Positions 24,977-33,604 of a DNA stretch of 64,000 nucleotides are shown here, one piece after another. Each line of letters opens with the position of its first letter. The first letter of the stretch is position 1. The notes under the pieces are model-generated. The model saw only the letters and a list, made by a program, of their open reading frames with translations, ran no database searches and was not told where the DNA came from. Origin of the DNA: Myxococcota bacterium (GTDB lineage Bacteria > Myxococcota_A > UBA9042 > PHBI01 > JBMYRH01); the NCBI GenBank assembly GCA_049602155.1, contig JBMYRH010000014.1:99860-163859 (forward strand), read 5' to 3'. The position numbers and the translations under genes were made by a program.

Positions 24977-25776
24977 GCGGTCAGGCCCCTTGGCGGGGGG
25001 CGCAACGTTGGCTCTTTGAGGCCGTGACAGAGGGGGCGTCCGGGGCGTCGAGTCACCTCTTTGGGACGGAGACATTCTCCGCAGAGCGAGGGCTGGAGGT
25101 GTACGCCAACGCGTACCTCGTGAGGCTGGTTGAGTGTCTGTCGGAGAGCTTCCCTGCGGTCGCACGGACGCTCGGCGAGGAGGCCTTCGCTGAGTTGGCT
25201 GTCGCGTACCTGCGGGCGTGTCCGCCTTCGGGGCCTAACCTCGGGACCCTCGGGGCGGGCTTTACGGATCATCTGGAGCGCACGCGGCCCGAGGAGGTCG
25301 GGGCTGCGGGGCGCACTTTGGTGGCGTTGGCGCGCTACGAGTGGGCCCTTGAGGTGGCCTTTGATGGGTCCGGCGCCGAGGGCATGGACGGAGTGAGCCT
25401 TGGTGACCTGAAGGCGTTGTCTCCGGAGGCATGGCTTGGGACGCGGTTGGTCGCGAACCCTGCGCTCAAGCTGCTGCGCTTGGCGGGGGCGGTCGATGAG
25501 TATTGTCACGCGGTCCGTGGCCTGGAGGCGGAGGCGGGGCTCCCAGCGTTGCCGGCGGAGGTGCCGCGCTATGTCGCCTTGAGTCGGCGATCGTTTGTGG
25601 TGCGTCGCTTGGTGTGCGAGGCCGCAGAGTTTGAGATCTTGGGGCGACTCTCTCAAGGCGCCCCGATCGGAGAAGCGCTGATGGGCTCCGGGCTAGAGGT
25701 CACGCCAGACGACGTGCAGCGCTGGTTTGCGCGATGGATGACGGAAGGGCTCTTCGTCGCGCTCGAGCGGTGCTAG
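24973..25776 (+). CDS. DUF2063 family protein (MbnC/BufC-like partner of DUF692)
   Basis: The ATG overlaps the DUF692 stop (ATGA). The N-terminal LEVYANAYLVRLVECLSESFPAVARTLGEEAFAELAVAYLRACPPSGPNLGTLGAGFTDHLE matches the DUF2063 N-domain pattern. Confidence 0.8.
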   Translation: MSGQAPWRGAQRWLFEAVTEGASGASSHLFGTETFSAERGLEVYANAYLVRLVECLSESFPAVARTLGEEAFAELAVAYLRACPPSGPNLGTLGAGFTDHLERTRPEEVGAAGRTLVALARYEWALEVAFDGSGAEGMDGVSLGDLKALSPEAWLGTRLVANPALKLLRLAGAVDEYCHAVRGLEAEAGLPALPAEVPRYVALSRRSFVVRRLVCEAAEFEILGRLSQGAPIGEALMGSGLEVTPDDVQRWFARWMTEGLFVALERC

Positions 25777-25846
25777 ACTGCCGCCAATGAACGCGGCCAG
25801 CGCCGCCTCGCGTCGACGTGAGTCGCCGCGCACTTCGGAGGATCAC

Positions 25847-27142
25847 GTGGCTACAGACCCCAACACGCTCGACCTGCTCGACTACGTCCACGCCAGCCCA
25901 AGTCCGCGCCACTGTGTGGCTGAGACGGTGAGGCGGCTTGACGCTGCGGGCTTTGAGGAGATCGCCGAGGAGGACGCCTGGTCGTTGAACTTCGGTGACG
26001 CGCGGTACCTGATTCGAGGGGGCACCGTGCTCGCGTTTCGCGTCGGGTCCGTGCCGGCGGTCGAGGGTGGATTTCGCCTGATTGGCGCGCACACGGACTC
26101 GCCGAACCTCCGGATCAAGCCGGTCCCGGACGTCCGAGCGCAGGGCTATCAGCAGCTGGGTATTGAGACCTATGGGGGGCTGCTGGACTACACGTGGCTG
26201 GATCGCGATCTAGGGCTCGCTGGCGGTGTCGTGGTCCGAGATGGGGGAGCGCTGACGACGCGGCTTGTGCGCATTGATACACCGATCTTGCGCATCCCAT
26301 CCCTCGCGATTCACTTGAACAGAGAGGTCCGTGAGAAGGGCTTGAAGCTGAATGCTCAGACGCACCTTCAGCCGGTCCTTGGCCTGTCCAAGGGAGCGGA
26401 TGAGGTCTCGGCGCTGAAGGCGCTCTTGGCTGAGCAGCTGAGTGTCGAGGTTGATCAGATCGTGAGCTGGGATCTGTCGGTCATGGACGTGGTCGCCCCC
26501 ACGGTAGGTGGTCTAAACGGGGAGTTCATCTTCTGCCCAAGGATGGACAACCAAGCGATGTGCCACTCCGCGCTCATCGCGCTGCTCGATGCATCACAGG
26601 CGAAGGCGACTCAGGTCATCTGCCTCTATGACCACGAGGAGGTCGGGAGCGGCTCTGCGGCCGGCGCCGCGGGCAACTCGGTGGAGGCGCTGTTAAGGCG
26701 TATTACCGAGACCGAGGGCCCTGGCGCGGTGCCAGGTGGGCTGCCTCGCGCCATCGCGCGCTCGCTTCAAGTCTCGGCGGACATGGCGCACGCCGTGCAC
26801 CCGAACTACGCAGACCGGCACGAGCCCAAACATATGCCGCACCTCAACGCGGGGCCTGTGATCAAGGTGAACACGCAGCAGCGCTATGCGACTGATGCCG
26901 AGACAGCGGGCCTCTTTGAGGCGCTCTGCGATGAGGCAGGAGTGCCGTGTCAGACCTTCGTGAACCGGACCGATCTACGCTGTGGCTCCACGATTGGGCC
27001 GATCTCAGCGGCGCGACTTGGGGTCCGGACGGTCGACGTCGGGAACCCGATGCTCTCGATGCACGCGATTCGGGAGATGGGGGGCTCGGAAGATCCGCCG
27101 CATATGACCGCGGTCATGACCCGCTTCTTGATGCACGCTTAA
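25847..27142 (+). CDS. M18-family aminopeptidase (aspartyl aminopeptidase-like)
   Basis: RLIGAHTDSPNLRIKPVP, then ICLYDHEEVGS, then a MHAIRE end are M18 signatures. The GTG at 25847 has a GGAGGA Shine-Dalgarno 6 nt upstream. Confidence 0.8.
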   Translation: MATDPNTLDLLDYVHASPSPRHCVAETVRRLDAAGFEEIAEEDAWSLNFGDARYLIRGGTVLAFRVGSVPAVEGGFRLIGAHTDSPNLRIKPVPDVRAQGYQQLGIETYGGLLDYTWLDRDLGLAGGVVVRDGGALTTRLVRIDTPILRIPSLAIHLNREVREKGLKLNAQTHLQPVLGLSKGADEVSALKALLAEQLSVEVDQIVSWDLSVMDVVAPTVGGLNGEFIFCPRMDNQAMCHSALIALLDASQAKATQVICLYDHEEVGSGSAAGAAGNSVEALLRRITETEGPGAVPGGLPRAIARSLQVSADMAHAVHPNYADRHEPKHMPHLNAGPVIKVNTQQRYATDAETAGLFEALCDEAGVPCQTFVNRTDLRCGSTIGPISAARLGVRTVDVGNPMLSMHAIREMGGSEDPPHMTAVMTRFLMHA

Positions 27143-27152
27143 GACGCAGCGA

Positions 27153-28031
27153 TTAGCCCTGATAGACGAGGAAGATGATCGTGATGCCCCAGGCGGCGAG
27201 GTTCGCCAAAAAGGGCACATCCTTGAGCATCAGGTCGGTGGGACTGCGCCCTTGCTCGGCGCGCCCGGTCAGGCTGTTAAAGCGCCATAACCCGACAAGG
27301 ACAAAGGGGATCGTCCACACGAGGTCTCTCGGGTTGAACATCGCCGCGGTCTCACCGAGGAGGGTGTAGGCGGCGTAAGCGCCCGTGGTCGCGAAGGCCA
27401 GCACCACCATCGTGAGCCGCACCATCTTCACGTCGTAGCGCGCGAGGACTTTGCGGGTCTTGCCTCCCTTCTCATGGACAGCCAAGAGCTCATGCTTACG
27501 TTTGCCGAGGCCCAGGTACATGGCGAGTAGGAAGGTGCAGACCCCGAGCCACACTGAGAGCGGGACGTCGATCGCGTAGGCGCCGCCCAAGAGGCGGAGG
27601 ATGAAGCCGCTCGCGATGATGAGCACGTCGACGAAGGGGACGTGCTTGAGGGCGAACGAGTAGCCGACGTTGAGCGTGAAGTAGGCCATGCCGATGGCGG
27701 CGAACTCGATCGACAGGGCGAAGGCGCCGCTGACAGTCGCGAACAAGAGCCCCGCCAAGGCCATCTTCGCGACCTTGAGTGGCAGGCGCCCTGCAGCGAT
27801 GGGGCGGTTGCACTTCGTGGGGTGGGCGCGGTCGCTCTCGACGTCGACGATGTCGTTGAGGAGGTAGACGCAGCCGGAGAGGAAGGAGAAGAGGAAGAAT
27901 GCCAGCACGGCGCTAAGCAGCAGGGAGGGGTCATCTGCGCGCTTAGCGAAGACCAACGGCGCCATGACAAAGAGGTTCTTCACCCACTGATGGGGCCGCA
28001 TCGTTCGCAGGATCTCGCCGGCGATGTTCAC
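27153..28031 (-). CDS. UbiA-family prenyltransferase (decaprenyl-phosphate phosphoribosyltransferase-like)
   Basis: An N-terminal TMRPHQWVKNLFVMAPLVFA, an NDxxDxxxD motif (LLNDIVDVESDRAH), and eight or more TM helices. Confidence 0.75.
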   Translation of the reverse strand: MNIAGEILRTMRPHQWVKNLFVMAPLVFAKRADDPSLLLSAVLAFFLFSFLSGCVYLLNDIVDVESDRAHPTKCNRPIAAGRLPLKVAKMALAGLLFATVSGAFALSIEFAAIGMAYFTLNVGYSFALKHVPFVDVLIIASGFILRLLGGAYAIDVPLSVWLGVCTFLLAMYLGLGKRKHELLAVHEKGGKTRKVLARYDVKMVRLTMVVLAFATTGAYAAYTLLGETAAMFNPRDLVWTIPFVLVGLWRFNSLTGRAEQGRSPTDLMLKDVPFLANLAAWGITIIFLVYQG

Positions 28032-28618
28032 GGGCTTGGTGGGGCTTCAGTGGCTGGCTTTGCGGCCGGCGGCGTAGGGTTACCGGGGGCGACAGCGCTC
28101 GCCTTGGGGGCGTCGAGGAGCACGCGGTTCGCAGCGTAGTAAGTCCCGAGGTGGCGTCGGTAGGTCTTCTCGGCGTGCGCGACGGTCTCCATCGCCTTGA
28201 GCAGGACGCGATAACGCTCCTCGACGTTCTCGTCAGAGAGCTCCTCCAAGAAGACAGAGAAGCCGGCGACGGCCCCTTCGTAGGCTTGGGTGACCTTGCT
28301 GTGGATCTCGGTCAGCTTCGGGGAGTTCGTCGGCATCATGCGGAGCGCCGCGACGTACTTCTCCAGCGCCGGGATGACGCGTGAGCGCATGCCCTCGGCG
28401 TAGGCTTTCAGATCTTTGATCTCGTTGACGCGGCGCCACTCGTCCGCGAAGGCGGTCTGGTACCGGATCGCCTCGGGGATCTTCGACGAGTAGCCCTGGA
28501 TGGCTGCTTGCTCGCCTGAGATGCGCTTCTCGCGATCGGCACCCGTCTGCCCACAGCCCCCAAGGGTGAGGGACAGCAGTGCGAAGATGGCGATGATTCG
28601 GGCAGGGGAAAGCGTCAT
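28028..28618 (-). CDS. hypothetical lipoprotein
   Basis: The internal Met at 28618 gives MTLSPARIIAIFALLSLTLGGCGQT. The 3' end overlaps the UbiA gene start by 4 nt. Confidence 0.45.
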   Translation of the reverse strand: MTLSPARIIAIFALLSLTLGGCGQTGADREKRISGEQAAIQGYSSKIPEAIRYQTAFADEWRRVNEIKDLKAYAEGMRSRVIPALEKYVAALRMMPTNSPKLTEIHSKVTQAYEGAVAGFSVFLEELSDENVEERYRVLLKAMETVAHAEKTYRRHLGTYYAANRVLLDAPKASAVAPGNPTPPAAKPATEAPPSP

Positions 28619-28652
28619 GAATTGCTCCACTGAGGGCACTTTTAGCACGGCG

Positions 28653-30014
28653 CTAAATTTTACGGTAGATGGTCCGTGTCGCGATGCCCAATAGCTGAGC
28701 CGCGAGGCGCTTGTCCCCCTTGGTAACCGCGAGGGTTTCACGGATCACCATCTCTTCAATATCGGCGAGAGGTGTTCCGATTGGGACGTTGAGGACGCGC
28801 GCCTCGGTCTCCCCTTGGCGGATGTGTGGGGGGAGCTCATCGACGTCGACAGCGTCTCCTCGGCAGAGGACGACGGCCCGCTCGATAGCGTTCTCGAGTT
28901 CACGGACGTTGCCTGGCCAGTCCCAGATCATCATCTGATCGATCGCGGCCTTGGTGATGCCGCCGATGTCTTTGTGGTTTTTCTTCGCGTACTTCTTTAA
29001 GAAGTGATGCGCTAAGAGCGGCACGTCATCTTTGCGATCACGGAGCGGCGGCAGATCGACGTGGATCACATTGAGCCGGTAAAAGAGGTCCTCGCGGAAG
29101 CGCCCAGCGCTCACCTCCTCTCGCAGGTCGGCGTTGGTCGCCGCGACCACCCTGACGTCGACCTTCACGGATCGTGACCCTCCGACGCGCTCGAACTCAC
29201 CCTCCTGAAGCGCGCGCAGCAGTTTGACCTGTAATTGCGGCGTCGTCTCTCCGATCTCATCGAGGAATAGGGTCCCGGTGTCCGCCAACTCGAAGCGCCC
29301 CTGCCGCTGTGATGTCGCGCCCGTGAAGGCGCCCTTCTCGTGACCGAAGAGCTCGGCCTCGAGCAGGGTCTCCGGGAGCGCCGCACAATTGACCGCGATG
29401 AAGGGGCGCTTCTCTCGTTGAGAGCCGCGGTGCAGTGCCCGCGCGACGAGCTCTTTCCCGGTGCCGCTCTCGCCAGTCAGGAGCACAGTGGCGCTCGATG
29501 GCGCGACTTGGCTCACGAGGTCGAGGGTCTGCCGAATGGCGATCGAGTTGCCGATGATAGAGCGGTCTCGCCGGCTGCCTTCGAGCTCCGCGCGCAACGC
29601 TTGGTTCTCTAAGACCAAGGTCTGGCGATCAAGCGCCCTCCGCACGGCCTTGACGATCTGAATGCGCTTGAAGGGTTTGGTGACGAAGTCCCACGCCCCC
29701 TCCTTCATCGCCTCGACCGCGGTCTCCACAGTGCCGAAGGCGGTCATCAGGATGAACTCGGTCTCGGGGCTGACCGTCTTCGCGGCGCGCAGGAGGTCGA
29801 GGCCGTTCATCGACGGCATCATGAGGTCGGTCAGCACGACGCTCACGCGCGTCTTGCGCAGCACGGCCAGTGCCTCTTTCCCGTCCGTGGCCGTCAGCAC
29901 CTCGACGCGTTCGCGCCGAAAGATACGAGCGAGTGACTCTAGGTTCGACGGATCGTCGTCCACGACCAACAAGGTCTGCCCAACCGCCAAGTGTACAAGT
30001 TCATCGTCACCCAT
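28653..30014 (-). CDS. sigma-54-dependent response regulator (NtrC family: receiver, AAA+ sigma-54 activator and Fis-type HTH domains)
   Basis: The receiver domain has LLVVDDDP and then [17 protein letters not shown]. The AAA+ domain has [15 protein letters not shown] and GAFTGA (the GAFTGA loop). The C-terminus has a HTH. The start is uncertain: an ATG at 30014 (MGDDELV) or an upstream TTG or ATG up to 30095. Confidence 0.85.
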   Translation of the reverse strand: MGDDELVHLAVGQTLLVVDDDPSNLESLARIFRRERVEVLTATDGKEALAVLRKTRVSVVLTDLMMPSMNGLDLLRAAKTVSPETEFILMTAFGTVETAVEAMKEGAWDFVTKPFKRIQIVKAVRRALDRQTLVLENQALRAELEGSRRDRSIIGNSIAIRQTLDLVSQVAPSSATVLLTGESGTGKELVARALHRGSQREKRPFIAVNCAALPETLLEAELFGHEKGAFTGATSQRQGRFELADTGTLFLDEIGETTPQLQVKLLRALQEGEFERVGGSRSVKVDVRVVAATNADLREEVSAGRFREDLFYRLNVIHVDLPPLRDRKDDVPLLAHHFLKKYAKKNHKDIGGITKAAIDQMMIWDWPGNVRELENAIERAVVLCRGDAVDVDELPPHIRQGETEARVLNVPIGTPLADIEEMVIRETLAVTKGDKRLAAQLLGIATRTIYRKI

Positions 30015-30027
30015 ATCGCCCTCCAAC

Positions 30028-30104
30028 ACGTCATATGATGACGTTTGCGCCAGGTTGTCACAGCGCTTAGACATATTGTCATCCATCGTGGACAAGATGA
30101 CAAC
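30028..30104. promoter_or_regulatory. two inverted repeats at the 5' end of the regulator gene: ACGTCAT-atg-ATGACGT (30028..30044) and TTGTCATC-N13-GATGACAA (30076..30104)
   Basis: Both are perfect 7-8-bp palindromic half-sites and share a TGTCA/TGACA core. They overlap or precede the alternative starts of the sigma-54 regulator. Confidence 0.3.
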
Positions 30105-30199
30105 TCTGGAAAAAGCGGCGTTATTTCGATCGCCTTGGAGATTTTTTGAGAATAACGGCGACCGTGGCGCGTCGGAGCAGAGGATTACGGAGGTTTCCC

Positions 30200-31198
30200 A
30201 TGTTCAGACTGTCACGACTTGTCATCGCTTCTCTGGCGCTCGCCAGCTTGTTCACATCTGCATGTCAGCTCGACATCGACGATGGTTACCGCGACCTCAT
30301 TTGCGAGCCAGAGTCATGCTTCACTTGCGCGGCCGGTGTGTGCGCCACGTACTACTGCGCCATCGACGATCAGTGCCCCATGGGGCGCTTCTGTACCGAC
30401 GACAACCTCTGCGCGGAGATCATCGAGGCCGATGAGGCCGCCACGGAGTCTCCCACCTGCGATGCCCTCACTGCCTGCGGTGAAGGTGGCGTCTGTGATG
30501 ATGGCGACCGATGTGCGCCTACCTCCGGGGCCTCTGAGGCGTCGGGTTCCGCACCCGCCGTGTCGATAGAGCCCTCTCCTGAGCCCGAGCCCAGCTCCTC
30601 GACACCAGCGGAGATGACCCGTGAGAACGCCGCGGGCAATGCGCGCGCTGACGGTTCGGAGCTGAGCGCCTCGGATGAGGAGTCGCCCCGTGCGCTGCCC
30701 TCTCACCCCAACGACCAGTGCGTCGTGAATGATGACTGCGGCTTCACAGGCATCTGCTTGGACGGCGGCTGCTACTTTGGGTGCGATGCGCTCGGCGCGT
30801 GTCCTCCCGATCAGCGTTGTGACGCCGATCAGTGCATGCCCACGGAGGACCCCGAGGTCATCTGCACCTTCAACGGAGAGTGTGGCCCGGAGCGGGTCTG
30901 CATCGAAGGGCAGTGCTTCTCAACCTGTGGTGAGAGCCTCGATTGTGGTGAGCAGATGCTCTGTGCCTCAGGGCTCTGCATCGCTGACACTGCGCCAGTG
31001 ATTCAGTGCTCTGGCTCGGGTGCGTGTCAGGAGGATCAGGGCTGCTTCGACGGGAAGTGCCTCCCGCTCTGTGACGCGGATCGCCCTTGTGGCCAAGACG
31101 GTATCTGCCAGTTCGGCTACTGCCATCAGAAGGTCACCTGCACGCTGTCGGAGCAGTGCTCACCAGGTCAAGACTGCCTCGATGGCGCTTGCCTATAG
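30200..31198 (+). CDS. secreted Cys-rich repeat lipoprotein
   Basis: A GGAGG Shine-Dalgarno precedes the ATG at 30200. The signal is MFRLSRLVIASLALASLFTSAC. It has about seven repeats of a 6-Cys module of the form C-x2-D-x2-C-x2-G-x-C-x-DG-x-C. Confidence 0.5.
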   Translation: MFRLSRLVIASLALASLFTSACQLDIDDGYRDLICEPESCFTCAAGVCATYYCAIDDQCPMGRFCTDDNLCAEIIEADEAATESPTCDALTACGEGGVCDDGDRCAPTSGASEASGSAPAVSIEPSPEPEPSSSTPAEMTRENAAGNARADGSELSASDEESPRALPSHPNDQCVVNDDCGFTGICLDGGCYFGCDALGACPPDQRCDADQCMPTEDPEVICTFNGECGPERVCIEGQCFSTCGESLDCGEQMLCASGLCIADTAPVIQCSGSGACQEDQGCFDGKCLPLCDADRPCGQDGICQFGYCHQKVTCTLSEQCSPGQDCLDGACL

Positions 31199-31202
31199 GC
31201 CC

Positions 31203-31260
31203 CCCGGGCTCCAGCTCGGTCGAGTCGCCCTCTCTTGACCGAGCTATGGCCTGAGCCCGG
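31203..31260. terminator. GC-rich extended hairpin between convergent genes (possible bidirectional terminator)
   Basis: The stem AGCTCGGTC (31213-21) pairs with GACCGAGCT (31237-45), leaving a 15-nt loop. It is flanked by an outer pairing of CCCGGGCTC with GAGCCCGG. Confidence 0.35.
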
Positions 31261-31272
31261 TGGCGCAACGCG

Positions 31273-32208
31273 TCACTGGGCTCGCTTTTCTTTCGCCTCC
31301 GCACCCTGAGCCTCCGGGGTGCGGGGGTACCACTGCGAGAGCTGGGTACGGATGCCCGTCACCACCTCGTCAGAGACGGTGTGTCCTCCGTTGAAGGCGA
31401 AGAATTCAGCCTCATGGCCGAGCTTTTTCAAGGTGTCCGCCGTTTGTTGTGTGGCCGCCAAGGGGACGATCCGGTCCGCGTCACCCGCGCTGAGCCAGAC
31501 GGGACGCTTCACCGAGACAGGGGCCAACCCTTTCGTCTCGAGCAAGGTCCCTGAGAGGGCGATCACGCCCCTGAATCGCTCGGGGCTCTGTGTCACGGCT
31601 TGGAGCGCGAGCATCGCCCCTTGGCTGAACCCGAGCAGGCTAGGCATCGGCGCTTTGGGCCACCTCTTCGCGACCTTACTCGCCAGCACCTCGAGCTCTT
31701 CCACACGTCGGCGAAGTCGCTCGGGGCGATCCGTCGCCTTCATGTCGAACCACTGTTTGCCGCTCCCGAGCCCCCAGCGCAGCGGGGCCTCTGCCACGAT
31801 GAAGCGGTAGGGCAGCCTGAGCCGCTCGATGAGGCGACAGAAGCCCTCCGCGCGATCCCCTCGTCCGTGGAGCGCGATGACGATCGGCAGGTCCGCTTCA
31901 TCGCTTGATGGCGCGACGATGGTGTAGGGGAACGGCCCCTCGACCGAGCCCGTCGTCCGCGTCAGGTGCACCTTGTCGGTCGGCCCCGCTGCGCGGACGG
32001 GGCGAGGCGCTCGCACCGTCGGTGCCGGCGTGACCTTGGACGTCGGTGCCGTCTTCGCCGCTTGGGCTGGCTCGGCGTCGGGCTGGGAGGCCTTCGCAGC
32101 TGCCGGCGCTTGGGCTGGCACAGGGGTGGGGGGGGAGGGGGCGCAAGCGAGGAGACCGGAGAGGCTCAGCACGAACGCGAGGTGTCTGTGACTTTGGATC
32201 GTCGTCAT
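31273..32208 (-). CDS. alpha/beta-hydrolase, phospholipase/carboxylesterase family, secreted
   Basis: IVIALHGRGD, then LLGFSQGAMLAL (a GxSxG nucleophile), then GDADRIVP. It has an N-terminal signal and a Pro/Ala-rich linker. Confidence 0.7.
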   Translation of the reverse strand: MTTIQSHRHLAFVLSLSGLLACAPSPPTPVPAQAPAAAKASQPDAEPAQAAKTAPTSKVTPAPTVRAPRPVRAAGPTDKVHLTRTTGSVEGPFPYTIVAPSSDEADLPIVIALHGRGDRAEGFCRLIERLRLPYRFIVAEAPLRWGLGSGKQWFDMKATDRPERLRRRVEELEVLASKVAKRWPKAPMPSLLGFSQGAMLALQAVTQSPERFRGVIALSGTLLETKGLAPVSVKRPVWLSAGDADRIVPLAATQQTADTLKKLGHEAEFFAFNGGHTVSDEVVTGIRTQLSQWYPRTPEAQGAEAKEKRAQ

Positions 32209-32384
32209 GCCTTGTTCGTAGGGTTACTTTGACAAAATGGCAACCCTGACCGACATCGGAAGGACCGCGTGTCATTTTGACGCTCAAGAGGACGCGCGCG
32301 TAAGGACTGGCTTGCCCTCCCTCACCCAAGCAATATCACGGGATTCCGACGCTTCGGCGCCTGTCACCGTTCTGCGGCATAAGT

Positions 32385-32400
32385 TGGCCCGCTTTTTGCT
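32385..32400 (+). promoter_or_regulatory. candidate sigma-54 promoter TGGCCCG-CTTT-TTGCT upstream of the gsp cluster
   Basis: The GG and GC elements have the exact -24/-12 spacing, with one mismatch to TGGCAC. It sits about 125 bp upstream of the gspC start, inside a 318-bp intergenic leader. Confidence 0.35.
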
Positions 32401-32526
32401 TATTTCTCCCGACCGGACCGCAACACGAGCCGAACGACGTATGACACACCTCACCATGACAGCACCGCTAAATCGCCGGCAAAATGCCGAGCAGCGGTCC
32501 GTTTTTTGGGATAAGGCGGTGGTGCG

Positions 32527-33555
32527 ATGAGCGCGCTCTTCAAGAAGCACTTTTGGGCGTTGAACCTGGCGGCTCTGGCGCTTTTGGCGTGGTTGACGTC
32601 CTTGACCGTCAACGAAGTGACGGGGGGCATGCTCTTCGTCGCGCCGACCCCACCGAACGTCTCTGTGGCTGAGTCAGGCCAGGCGGACATGGCCAAGCGT
32701 GGGCGCGTCCCCGGCGACGAGGACGCCCGAGATACTCTGGATGAGCGTCATGTTTTTGACCTCAACCCGATGGAGGACGACATCGCCGCGTCCGGGGGCG
32801 AGGAGACCGAGGAGAAGGAGGAGGAGCCCAAGCCTACGGGGGAAGGAGAGCTTGAGGAGAGCGACCTCCCGATCGACTTGATGGGCACCTTGGTCAGCCC
32901 CGACGCTGAGCAGTCGATGGCCACGCTGAGCATCGACGGCGAGAACAAGCTCGGCTGGGTTGGCTCGGAGTTCATGGAGGGCAAGGCCAAGATCGTCACC
33001 ATCGCGCCGCGCCACATCATCGTCCAAGAGGGCGTGGCCATGACGGTCATCAAGCTCTGGAGTGACAAGGCGAAGGCGGGGCCGAAGGGCCGCGGCAAGG
33101 GCAAGGACTCGGCGCGAGGTCGCGGTAACAACCGCAGCGCACGAGATAAGAAGGCGAACGGGAAGGCCGAGTCGAAGAGTAAGCCGGAGCGGCCGGGGCG
33201 CAAGGACTACTCCAAGGGCGTGAAGAAGACCGGCCCTTACGACTATCAGATCGACCGCGGGATGCTCGATGAGCAGCTCAAGGACTTGTCTGAGCTGGGG
33301 CGTCAGGCGCGCGTGGTCCCGAATTATCGCAACGGTAAGTACGAGGGGTTCAAGCTCGTGGGTGTCCGCCCAGGGAGCTTGTATCGGTCGATTGGTGTCC
33401 GGTCTGGCGACGTGATCAAGTCGATCAACGGAAAGCCGATCGACAGCCCCAACAAGGCATTGGATTTGTTCGAGCAGCTTAAGAACTCCTCGAGCATCAA
33501 CTTAGAGATCGAGCGGCGGGGTCAGCCCAAGCAGCTCAACTACAGCATCAAGTGA
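32527..33555 (+). CDS. gspC: type II secretion system protein C-like (N-terminal TM anchor, C-terminal PDZ)
   Basis: It has an N-terminal TM helix and a C-terminal PDZ (YEGFKLVGVRPGSLYRSIGVRSGDVIKSINGKPI). It lies immediately upstream of the secretin gene. Confidence 0.55.
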   Translation: MSALFKKHFWALNLAALALLAWLTSLTVNEVTGGMLFVAPTPPNVSVAESGQADMAKRGRVPGDEDARDTLDERHVFDLNPMEDDIAASGGEETEEKEEEPKPTGEGELEESDLPIDLMGTLVSPDAEQSMATLSIDGENKLGWVGSEFMEGKAKIVTIAPRHIIVQEGVAMTVIKLWSDKAKAGPKGRGKGKDSARGRGNNRSARDKKANGKAESKSKPERPGRKDYSKGVKKTGPYDYQIDRGMLDEQLKDLSELGRQARVVPNYRNGKYEGFKLVGVRPGSLYRSIGVRSGDVIKSINGKPIDSPNKALDLFEQLKNSSSINLEIERRGQPKQLNYSIK

Positions 33556-33604
33556 TGGCGGGAATGTCTCGTCACCTCATCCACCTGCGCGGGAGCCGCA
33601 TGGC

